Of a stretch of 64,000 nt of DNA, positions 15,855-26,762 are shown in pieces. The DNA lies in assembly GCA_047495785.1 (NCBI GenBank), contig JBLDXI010000014.1, forward strand, positions 496,001-560,000, read 5' to 3'. Origin of the DNA: Lepidodermella squamata. Its lineage: Eukaryota; Animalia; Gastrotricha. The notes beneath the pieces are model-generated. The model ran no database searches and had not been told where the DNA came from. It worked only from the letters and a program-made list of their open reading frames with translations. The position numbers were made by a program, and so were the translations under genes. Numbering within the stretch: position 1 is the stretch's first letter; each line of letters starts with the position of its first letter.

Positions 15855-16963
15855 TTTGTGACAATAATATGTGCGTAGTTACACACTAATAAAATCGGAA
15901 TGAAAAAATCAATTAGAAATGGTCCACTAAATATCTAGCTATATAGTTGTGAGCGATAATAAATTACTTATTAAAGTTATTAATAGTTGATAGTGATTCC
16001 CAATAAGCAAAACCTCCGTTTGGCACCGCATGAAAGAAAGAAAAAACCGATGCGAAATCAGATGACTAGGGACTGTTAATTAAAAATAGTGAATGAGGCA
16101 AATAAAAAATGACGATTCCGGATTCCGGAAATAATGGATTTGTGAGATAATGGATAATGGATGGTAGCAACACGAGTCACCTACAAAATCGCACATCTGA
16201 TTTGCTGGCCGAAGAAAGAATGAAATCGCAAGCCGTGCAACCCAATTAGTCGAAATAATCAGCCATTCCAATGAAGCAGTTGTAATTTTTCTACCTTCAA
16301 CCCGAATAGGAGTAGTAAAAGAGACAGGAGATAGTTAGAATAAACATCTCACAGTTCAATCCATGATCTATGAGATTATGTAAGCGTAACTACAAACAAT
16401 TACAAAAGTTAGGATTTTTTGAACCCGCAATTCCTGTTTGATCGCGACGAATTGTTTGAGAATCTATTTCTAGCCGGTATCGAGCCCGGAGTGATGTCTT
16501 GTAAGAGCAGAATTGAACCTTATGCTCAGTGTCTAAATAAATTGAGTATCGCATTTTGAGACATCAATAAAGAACCGCGCCAAGTCGGGGATTGGGGGCA
16601 ATGAAAATTACTACTGAAAGACTACACGTCTACTGTAGCAAACAAAGCAAAATTGCATTATGCTGCACATCTTAGTCGGTAAAAAAAATTTCCCTTGGAG
16701 TGGAAAAACCAAACTAAAGACTTCATCTTTTCCCCATGATGGCAACCATTCAAGATCTCCAAGTTTACGTTTACGTATGGTGGTAACTACATCTAACACA
16801 ACAAACCCGCAAAAACTTGAAACTAAACTAAACTACCGGACCTTGAAAAACGCAGCGCCTATAAATCAAATATTTAAATTTCGAAAATAATTGAACCATG
16901 TAAATGAACGAGCTTTAGAAATAAATTATTTATTGAACTGAAGAACGCTCAGTCATATGCGCG

Positions 16964-17566
16964 CTATTTTTTCCTGAAGCAGACGAGAAATCTTTCAGTT
17001 GGCTCTGAGGTGGGTTGGTTTTGCTTTAGAGAGTTGGCCTATGAATTACAGTGGGTGTGATCGCAGCAAGTAAGCGGTGATTCAGTGAGCACTCGTTCAA
17101 CCCATTGCATGCATAAAATGTTGAAGTTATCTGGTGGCTGATTCGCAATTGGGCTTCTATTAATCTCACGAACTATGGGCGCCGTGAAATCCGAATCAGA
17201 AAGCACCTCTCTTTTTCAATAAATATCTGCTGTTTGAATTTAATCTTCCGCTGTCGAAAGTTAGCTGAAATCTCACCGCCCTTCTATTTTTATTTCGCAC
17301 CAGAGTCGCGCACGGCGTGCGATGATGGAAGTTGAAATACTTGGATGATTGTAGCTACAGTGAAGTGAACTTTTGCTCGACTTGTGGAGGTTGCTATCTT
17401 CACCACTTGTACCACTTGAGATCTGCACGTAATGTGAAACCCCGCCTTGCATTCTGCATACGAAATAACTGACCTTAGACCTGGCTGGCCTCACCTGACA
17501 TCGAGACTGCCTTCTATTTAGGTCCCGCCTTCTAATTTTCAACGTAGATTTGACGGTGATTTCCAA
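16964..17566 (-). other. Possible spliced orphan gene or lncRNA divergent from ALIX (start not resolved)
   Basis: ORF 17273-17566 ends at a GTGAGA donor; short GT-AG introns join two further open exons (EVLSDSDF...CMQW, ANSLKQ...FRKK*); AATAAA at 16934-16929. No recognisable homology. Confidence 0.3.
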
Positions 17567-18436
17567 TTCACTTCTTGCCGTAGAGATACATTATAATGCT
17601 CTCTGAAAGTACTAGAGGTTAGACCTTCCGTGAATGAGGACGGCAGATGTCAGTTTTTGCTATTCAATATGTATTTCGCGATATGTCAATCTTGTATGCC
17701 CTCATAGTCATCAATCAATCAATCATTTATTATTTCTTATTCGAAAATGATAATAATGCACCAATGTTAATATAAGTTTTATGCAGTAAACAAATTCGAA
17801 CACGAGGACGCTAAGCACCCAAGATCAAGATGTACACCTTCTTTATAATGATATGAATGGCACAAACTTCATATTCTATTAATAATCATAACAACATTCA
17901 TGTTTTCTTTTTTCAAATACTTCAGCTAAGTTTTAACAACAACTTCAGTTTTTCTTTAAAGAATATACCGGAGGACTCTAGGGATAGATTCCACCAGGCA
18001 ATAACCCGAAACATATTCCGGTGAAGGAAACTGCCGTCTAACCCACAATGTGATTTATGATTATAATTAATTTACCTTGCGTTATATCATGATAAACAGT
18101 TGATTGTTGTGGATTTTCGATTATTGATCGTTTTTACAATCATCTGGCTAACTAAAAGCGTTAATGGTCTAAATTGTTGTCATTGCCAGCCCTTTGTTAT
18201 AACTGGAGTATTATGGCGTTAGCTATTACTGTGAAAAATGAATTTTCGCTTGGCTGAAATATTGCATATATTGCAGTAACTCCGCTGTTCAATTCAAATA
18301 TCATGAGGAGATAATTAGGTTTAATTCCCGAGTGCACTTTGAACCCTAGTGACTTGTGGTATACCTATCCTAATTCCGTAATGAGATTTTTGTTTCGTAA
18401 TTTTATGATTGTTTTTAGGGCATAAAACCTCTAAAA

Positions 18437-21285
18437 ATGAGCTTCTTACAAGTGCCAGTGAAAAAGGCATATCAGGTTGATGTTTCCGGACCTCTGAATA
18501 AATACAGCAAAAACAAATTCCCGAAATCAGACCATAGCGTTGCGATTTCCGATTTTTCGCAGCTGCGGAAGAATGTATCGGATCGCTGTCAAGATGGGAA
18601 AGCTGGTAATCAGAGTACGTTGGATGCTTTGACCTCCTATTACGACCAGTTGCTGGCTGCTGAACGTAAATTGCCCATTTCCGAAACCGATATCCGCATA
18701 GAATTTAAATGGCAGGATGCTTTCAGCAAAGTAAGTTCAATATTATCAGCATGTCTCTAAATTTTTTATACATTATATTTTTCCGTAAAGGATAATTCTA
18801 AGCAGTTTGCGCTGTCATACGAGAAAGCCTGTGTACTGTTCAATATTGCTGCGTGTTACAGTCAATTAGCATGCGTGGCCGCTGCCCAGGAAGGTGATGA
18901 ACAGCTGAAATCATCTGCTAAATATTTTCAGCAAGCCGCTGGTATCTTTTCATGGCTCCGTGAAAATCCATCTGGCTCGGTTCCGAACCCCAAGTCAGAT
19001 CTGTCAAGTGAGGTTCTTCTTGCGCTGAGCTCACTGATGATAGCTCAAGCACAAGAGTTGTTCTATCGCAAAGCTTTTAATGACAAGCTTCGCGATGCTT
19101 CCGCTGCTCGTCTTGCCGCACAGGCCTCTGACTTTTACGACCTAGCATCGCAGCAATTGAAAATTGCTGATGTTTTGCCGAAAGAATGGCTATCGACGGC
19201 TAGCGCTAAGCAGCAGCTGTTATTGGCCAGCGCACACATCCATCAAGCGGGAGCTTGTGCATCTGAGCAGAAATTTGGTGAACAGATCAGTCGTCTTCAA
19301 TTTGCGATTGTCCTGTCCGAAAAGGCAGCTGACAGCCCGAAAGATCTAAAGAAGTTTGCGAAAGATCAAGCAGCAAAGATAAAGCCTCAGGTAAATATAT
19401 TAATTGTAAAAATCACAGTTTCTGTAATTTTACGTTTCCAGCTAGACGCAGCTATCAAGGACAACGATTTTATATATCACGAAGCTATTCCTAAAGTCGA
19501 AGCTCTCGCAGCTATAGCTCGCGCGCCGCTAGCCAAACCAATCGCACCCGAGCCTCCATTTAACAAGAATACCACTCGTGACTTGTTTGGCGACATGGTT
19601 CCGCTTCAAGTAGCTGAGTCGGTTGCCATGTTTGAATCTCGCCGCGATGTCCTCGTCCAATCAGAAGTAACCCGCTTGCGCGACGCTACGTCGTTCCTCA
19701 ACACCGTATTGGCATCTCTTGGCCTTCCTTCGGCCATTGATGAGATACTGGGCACTGACAACTCCTCTGGAGCTGCTATGTCGTTGCCAACATCCCTACT
19801 CACTTCAGCTGAGAAAATCCGTCAAGCTGGAGGTGCTACGAAACTGCTGAGAGACATTAGCGAAATTCCGAGCTTATGCAACCGCAATCGTGAAATTCTG
19901 GACGAATGTCAACGCCTACTGGATGATGAGCAATCTTCGGACGACAAACTGCGAGCCGAATTCGGGGCGTCGAAATGGAACAGAACTCCCAGCGCTAATT
20001 TGACAGCAGCAATGCGGGGCGATATTGCCAAGTAAGATGCCGTTATCAGTTATAATTGATTAAGATCTATAATATAATAATTTTAGGAACAAGCAAACTC
20101 TTGAAGTTGCTTCTCAGGCTGATCACATTGTCCGACAGAAGTGGGAGAGCCACCGCGAGGGCTTGGAACTTCTTAGCAAGTCTCCAACAGAAATCATAAA
20201 TGCATTGCCAGGCAGAACCAATCAAAATGCTACATTGGCCGCTAAAATGTCGAACAGCCAAGCGGTTCGGGATCTTCAAAACTGTTTGTCCGAGGTAAAT
20301 TTCGAATGTTAACACAAATAATGCATAAATCATGTTTCTCAGATCGAAGCTCTGAAAGCTGAGCGTGATAATTTGGAAACTTTGGTTAAAGACCAGCGCT
20401 TTGAAGGAATTCAGGCTACGTTTTTGGAAGCTCTCATGCGCGATGGTGCCGTGAATGAGGAGCAGTTGTCAGCCACGAAACTTAACGAGCGCTACTCATC
20501 CTACCGCGAGCAGATCACTGCCAGCTTGGCAAAGCAAGAAGAGCTGCTGAACAAGCTTCAGGCTCTTCATGGTAAATTCATTGATGAGCGTCAGCGTGTT
20601 GGAGGCGGCGATCGCAATGATCCCGTTGCCGAACGAGATAAAATGCTTGGCCGGCTGCAAGCGGCCGCTGCGGCGTTTTCGGAACTTTCCAACCACCTGG
20701 AAGAGGGAAAGAATTTCTACAACAGGATGACGGAAGTTCTCCTCAAGCTGCAAGGCTCAATCAGCGACTTCACGTTCGCACGAAAAACTGAGAAAGAGGA
20801 TTTGATGCTGTCTATTCAGCAAGATGCAGCTGCTGGCCTACGTCGTCAGCAACAAGAGGAGCAGCAGCACAGGTGAGAAAATGAAAAACGGTTATGGTTG
20901 TTACTAATTTTACTTTGTGAAATCAGGGCTGCTCCTGCGCCGCCGGCCAACGCCCCACCACCGGTTCCCCCACAGCCATCCCAATATGTAATTAATCAGA
21001 AAAAACTCAAATGAATTGATTTCGCATGGCGTTTTATTTTTGCCTTAGTATGCAGCCCCTCAACAAGCACCGCCTGGAGGCCAGCCTGCCAACTACTTGC
21101 CCTATCCTGTTCACCCTCCGGCAGCCGGTGCCCCTCAAATGCCACCGTATGGCTACGGAGCTTGGCCCGCCCCTCAAGTGGCCCAGACTTGGGGCCCAGG
21201 GATGGCGCCACCCGGCCAACTGCCGTACCCACCCCAACCAGGTCAAAATCCATATTACCCGCAGTATTTTCCGCCGCCCCGTTAA
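18437..21285 (+). CDS. PDCD6IP: ALIX / programmed cell death 6-interacting protein (Bro1 + V + Pro-rich domains)
   Basis: FKWQDAF, YEKACVLFNIAA, AKYFQQAAGIF, AQAQE, KDNDFIYHEAIP, DLFGDMVP, WNRTPS, LEEGKNFYN, FARKTEKEDL, Pro/Tyr/Gln-rich tail; 7 exons. Confidence 0.95.
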
Positions 21286-21768
21286 TTGCCGTCTCTATTA
21301 TCCCAGAATATATATATCGCCATGACATTGCTTGTATTGGTTTATACGAAAAGCTTGCAACAGAAAAATTATCATTCACTTTCTTTAATTCAAGGTACAT
21401 TTAACACCTTTCATGCCTAAAATTCGCCCGGTTATCCGAAATTGATTGATTGATGAAAGCTACCTTATATTTTGCTATTTTTCCGATTCGGCTGTCTTTT
21501 GTGGTGCGAATGTGGCGATGCGCCTATATTTTCTACTGAGTGTCGATTGCCGCTCGTTTTCTCTGGGTTAAGGCAGCATCACCGTGTATAGTCAAGAAAT
21601 CTTGTTGTTGCTGCTGACAACTGAGAATTTTTCGCTTGAAACGTGATTAGTGTATATCATACATAGACGCTTGCATTCAATTCGTGCAAAACAAAAGCTT
21701 GGAATAAATGTAAACTATCTTGTTACCATTTAGCTTAATTCCCCTTAGTGTTGATATATTTTAATTTA

Positions 21769-22259
21769 ATGGCTTCGAGAACCAGAACCATTAACCCTCG
21801 AACTAAGCAATCAACCGCTCAAAAATCGCCGAAAAAGGCGGCAACTGAAGGTGAAAATTCACCTCAGCAGAGAAGTGTTCACCGCGACGAAGGTTTCACA
21901 GTAGTCGAGCCTGATTCGAAGCGCCGGCAAAAAGTGACTAATGGTAATTTGTTTCGACAGGGTTCAATTCGCTCTAATTTTTTTCAATTGACAGCTGCGG
22001 CGCGGGAAGAAGCCGCCGTGCGACAACATCATGCTCAGCGCAGACAAGAAGTAATTCAGTCGTTAAATCAGCCTGGTCAAACTGCACACCGTTTAGGTTC
22101 GAGTTTCAATGTCATGGTTTAATGGTATTGATATCTTAGACTCTAATAGGCGGTGGTACTGTCGATATGGCCGAAGTTCGCCGTCGTCAGGTCGAGCAAG
22201 CTGAGGCCCAGCTGCGTCGTGCCAAGAATTTTCCTGCAGTTTCACCTCAAAAAGATTGA
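21769..22259 (+). CDS. EPSTI1-like small coiled-coil protein (128 aa; exons 21769-21943, 21995-22096, 22150-22259)
   Basis: Spliced GFTVVEPDSKRRQKVTNAAAREE...HRLGGGTVDMAEVRRRQ resembles my recollection of the EPSTI1 core (YTLIAPN..RR......AEQE...RRLGG.....EVRQKQ); exon lengths sum to 387 nt; AATAAA at 22309. Confidence 0.7.
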
Positions 22260-22343
22260 CAATCTTCTCGCATGAACCTCTTTGTGATAACATTTTCACT
22301 CAATTTTCAATAAAAACGATTTAAAAAGTACTATTTGTTTTAT

Positions 22344-23048
22344 TCACATATCATAATCAGTCTGCATGTTTTGGTTAAATGATGAAGGAGGACGCGAGGA
22401 CACCGCACTGTTAGCGTACATTCGATGATCAACAACAGCGGCTGGGTGTCGCTGTTCGCCAACAGACGCAGGTTGAGAAGACGCAATGAACCTCTGATGA
22501 ACAGGTTGGGATGTCTGTTGTGGAATCTCTTGAGGACGAAGCAAGAAAGCAGCTTGTGTTAGGCAATGCCTGTCCGGCGGTAAGCGCAATCCGGCCACTG
22601 CTTTCCCGTTAGGACGTGGGGGCGGCAGAGGTTGTGAATTCCGCGCTGCAGCTATTTCGGCTACGAGACCTGGCGCTGGTAGAGTTGAAGAAAATGATTT
22701 CTCAGAGCAAAACTGAACAGCTTGGCGAACGTCATCAATGTCGACCTAATAATAATGAACAGTAGATTTTAAAATGAGAATAATTATAACTGGGTCTACC
22801 TGTTTATGGCCTGCGTGATTCGCGAGTGACCGAGCTTCTCCAAGAACGTCACGTACATAACCGTAAGCGAAGTCGAGGAGCTGGCTAACAACGCGAGGTT
22901 CGAATTCAGTAACGCCCAACTCGCGAAGCATGGAAATCACAGCTTGTGCATCTTGTGGCAGAGTTCCACCTGAGCTCGCATTGGCAGACTGCGCTGTATT
23001 TGTTGCTCCAGCTGCGGCTGTGCTTTGTCCAGTGGCCTGAGAGGCCAT
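22344..23048 (-). CDS. TAF9: TFIID subunit 9 (histone fold), 2 exons, intron 22799-22746
   Basis: PQDAQAVISMLRELGVTEFEPRVVSQLLDFAYGYV..VL.EA...ANHA.HKQ|VDIDDVRQA; RNSQPLP; GLRLPPDRHCLT. Confidence 0.95.
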
Positions 23049-23134
23049 CAATAAGAGATCAACAAATTACTAATGATTACTAATGATTAATTGAAAAAGA
23101 AACAACTTTGTTAACAAAAACACTGCTAACAGTA

Positions 23135-23470
23135 TCAAAGCTTATTGTCTGTTTTAAAATCTGACAGCCAGGTTCGCCAGCGGGCGAGACGATCTACCGG
23201 GTTTTCTAGGAATACAGAACCCAACAATTCATCGGCAACAGCTGGCGGAGAACTAGTGGGGTCGTCGATTTTCCTCGCTGATCCAACCTGATCCTGACTG
23301 GCCACTTTCGTTGAACGACTAGACACGAAGGTTTGCTGAACAAACGATCCGCTTTCAATTGAGGAGACATTGGAAGAATTGCCCGTTTTATGAGATACTT
23401 TGACGGCGTTACTTTCTCTTAAATCTTTGTCTGCATGAGACTTTCGCGGTGGCACTTTATCTTTTGACAT
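23135..23470 (-). CDS. Hypothetical 111-aa protein (Ser/Lys-rich, C-terminal amphipathic helix LENPVDRLARWRTWLSDFK)
   Basis: Uninterrupted ATG-TGA ORF preceded by a 53-nt GTAATG...CTAG 5'UTR-type intron (23539-23487); family not recognised. Confidence 0.6.
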   Translation of the reverse strand: MSKDKVPPRKSHADKDLRESNAVKVSHKTGNSSNVSSIESGSFVQQTFVSSRSTKVASQDQVGSARKIDDPTSSPPAVADELLGSVFLENPVDRLARWRTWLSDFKTDNKL

Positions 23471-24892
23471 TAATACTTCTTAATAACTAGTCATTAATAA
23501 AAACAGGAACACAGCGATAACACCTGAGCAACACATTACCAGAATAATTCCAAATAACCTGAGAAGGATAATCAAGTAAGAAGCCTTTCAGTCAGAATGC
23601 AGGAGAAATTTAGTATAACAGGGCAAATAATGATGACTACCGAAACAGCTACCAGATTTGCCGGATTTCGTCCGGAAATTTCAAATAACTTAGATGAAAC
23701 ACATATTACAGACGGGGCATGTTCCTGGTAGGCAAAAATAATTTTTGGGGCTTTTCATACATAGTATGCGAAAATTCTCGAATTCGTGAAAGGTTGCGGA
23801 ACTTCTGGTAATCGGTGTAGTAATTAGCTACTTGTGAGGTTCCTAACCATTCAACTAAGTCATTCTCTGTTTTCCCGGGATCCATGGCTCACGCTCAAAT
23901 TGGATGTGAATTTGGATACGTCCCCAACAACAGCAAACAAGTGACATATTTCTAGAAGATTTTAAATTCCTTGGCTCGACTTTTGCGAACCCATTAGCTC
24001 TTCGAGTGATAGGTACCCACAGTAAATTGCCTCGGCGCTTCGAATTTTCGAAGAAAAAATCAGAAATTGGCAGAGCAACAGTGCGCGGTTCCGAGCGGAG
24101 CACAATCTATCAGACCGACATCAGGAAATTTTCGCCAAGCAATTGCGAGGGGAAAGTCTCTTCAACGAGGTAAAGCTGAATGCCAAAGAAAAGGTAGACG
24201 GTCTAATTTAATTCGTGAAATTCCCGCTAAAATGTTGTCTACTTTGAAGGAAATTGAAGTGACGGACAATATGTAAATTGCTGGGATATTTCGGCGACTG
24301 CTCAGAGGACCGGCGTACGCTCAACTGTTAGTTATATTCAGATATTTGGTATTTGTTATTTTCGAAACGTGCCAGAATCTGAGCTGAAGCCGTATCAATT
24401 CTCCGTATTACTCAAGGTTCCCTGTCGAAAGCACCCGTGAAAACCATCACTTTTGATGAAAGGGTTGCTATAATATCTCAACTTCAGATTAAGAATACCA
24501 CAAAAATCCAAAATGGTCAAACTCCATCCATCATCCATACAGGGAACTTTTGACGTCCAACAGCGCCTTTGAATTTTGAATTGATAGGGTTTTAACCCGA
24601 CATCTATATTTTCTCCTTTGAGACTGTTGAAACCAATACCATCCTGTTAGCTTCAGCTTGCGTCTCTAAAAATCTAATTTCAGCAGCGGAATAAAATATA
24701 AATGATGATCCGGCCCTCTTACCTAGGGAACCTCAGATTCCCCAGATAGCAAAATTCTTTCATCGGGCATACATAGAACTCTAATGTCGAAGGAAAATTT
24801 CCATTCTTAGAGATTAGTTTTAGCGGCTGTGGTTCTAGATGAAAGATGACCCAAGACAATCCACGTATCGCTCAATCCATACTGAGCTCCGA

Positions 24893-26122
24893 TGGATGGA
24901 TGGATGGATGGATGTTAGACCCTGACACCAATTCTGGTGATTTAACAGGGCTTGGGTTGATAAGTTAGGCCAGTCACCGATAATTCGATGTTAGGCGCAG
25001 AGTGGCACAATGGGATACAAAAATAAATTATAAAAATAGAGCTAAGATCTATTTGGTCCATTCAGACACCTGCTCGATGAAGAATTGCTGCAAGTAGGCG
25101 GCTTTGCGGCAGGCTTTCGAGCTGGTAAGCTTGCGGATGAAGGGGTCGGCCTTGCTCCAGGCCTTCGAACCACGGATGATGAAGGTTCGATCTTCAGTGG
25201 CACTGTCGGACTGCGTGGCTTTGAGGCTGCCGTTATCGGCACTGCGGAGCCCGGGGTTGACCTCTGTTTTAGGCTTGAATAGCTCGATTAGCTCAACGGG
25301 CGCTTCGTCATGGAGGCACTGGAATACCAACTTGGTTTCGTGAACTTGCCTTCTTCCAGCGAGAGTGAGCCATTTCAGGTGGCAGCGTAGGTCGTCGACT
25401 GGGCACGAGTAGTCTTTCATCATTAGCGCTCGGATGGCGTTGTCTTGCGCTCTGTCAAGGGTCTTCCTGGCAGCAGCAGAACCAGCACTGAGTATCACGT
25501 CACAATAGCTGAGTCGCGAGTTCACCAGGCTGTTGTAGATAGCTTTGCGACCGTCTAACGGGATACCGTTCTGGCCGGCTAGGCGGAGGGCGTACGACCC
25601 GCTGCGACACTTTGCATGGACGAGCTGGGCATGCTCTTCGAAGCTGAGGCGATTGTCGACTTGCACTCCGAGTAGCTTAATTGACTGTTGAGGGTGGATC
25701 AGCGTTCCGTTCACATTGACTGGGAGGTTGGTGTCGATTTTCGCGGTTTTCGGGCCGATATACATGATCTGTGACTTGGTTTCATTAAGCTTCAGAGAGT
25801 TGACACTTAACCAGTTTGCAACATTACGCAGCTGATTTTCGAGGATTGACTTGGCTTCATCAATTGTTGACCCAATCGCGTAGATCGTAGTGTCATCAGC
25901 ATACATAACGGAGTAGCAGTTAGGGTCGTTGATGGTCTCTGGCAGTTCATTTACATAGACGGTAAACAGAAGAGGACCAAGAACACTGCCTTGGGGGACG
26001 CCATATCTGATTGGTAAGGGCGACGAGGAGATGTTTCCGACTTTAACCTTCTGTTGACGGTTAGATAAATAGTCCGTGAACAGGTGCAGGGCTTCGGGTC
26101 CAAGACCAAACGAGCGGAGAGA
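24893..26122 (-). mobile_element. 5'-truncated non-LTR retrotransposon, CR1/L2 group
   Basis: Open frame DYLSNRQQKV, GVPQGSVLGPLLFTVYVNEL, MYADDT, LKLNETKS, KLLGVQVD to stop at 25049; 3' tail (CATC)6 at about 24891-24914; candidate TSD TCCGA at 24888-24892 and 26123-26127. Confidence 0.92.
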
Positions 26123-26297
26123 TCCGACTTTTCCGACTTTTCATCTTTGCCGCGCCAAAACTTTTTAAATTTGAATTTAAAAATTAAACTGTTGTATACA
26201 TATTTTTAATGCATTATTGTATTGCAAAAAAATGTTGTTCAACATTCTACGTGAAATTGTCTTTTTCTGATTGCGCGCTATTTTCAAATCTAACTAC

Positions 26298-26762
26298 CGC
26301 CGTGGTAGGTTAGCCATTTTCTGCCTAAAATTAGGCAGAATTTTCCGCTATAGCTTTTTCTGCCTAAAATGGTAAGTAGGCGCTTGAATCGCGTAAAACC
26401 CCACAAAATGCCTTCAAAATGGAATTTTCTAGTCTATCTTGCAAAAATAACTAACCTAAATGGCTCAAGGCTCAATCCGTGAATAATTCATCATTGGCGC
26501 CCATAATAAGGCGGTTACACGTTACACGTAAAGCGTAGTACTTATAGCCTGTCTTAGCGCAGCATCTTTAGTCATTATCTTTCTATATTTGATTTATTTT
26601 TGATTATAATACGTTTTTTGACAAATAAATGGAGCAATACAATTGAAATGATCATTGGCATCGTTTCTGGGGCCTTCCGCTACATAGCGAAATTTTAGGC
26701 AGAAAAAGCGATAGCGGAAAATTCTGCCTAATTTTAGGCAGAAAAAATTTCTCGCCGTGGTA
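26298..26762. mobile_element. MITE-like non-autonomous element
   Basis: 54-bp inverted repeats at 26317-26370 and 26692-26745 (1 mismatch) built from TTCTGCCTAA units; outer 10-bp direct repeat CGCCGTGGTA at 26298-26307 and 26753-26762. Confidence 0.65.

Noticed and set aside
18319-18340. GGTTTAATTCCCGAG (and GGTTTTAACCC at about 24588 and 48265) resembling nematode SL1/SL2 leaders
   Set aside because: Only partial matches, with no correctly placed donor or Sm site, so these are not supportable as SL RNA genes.
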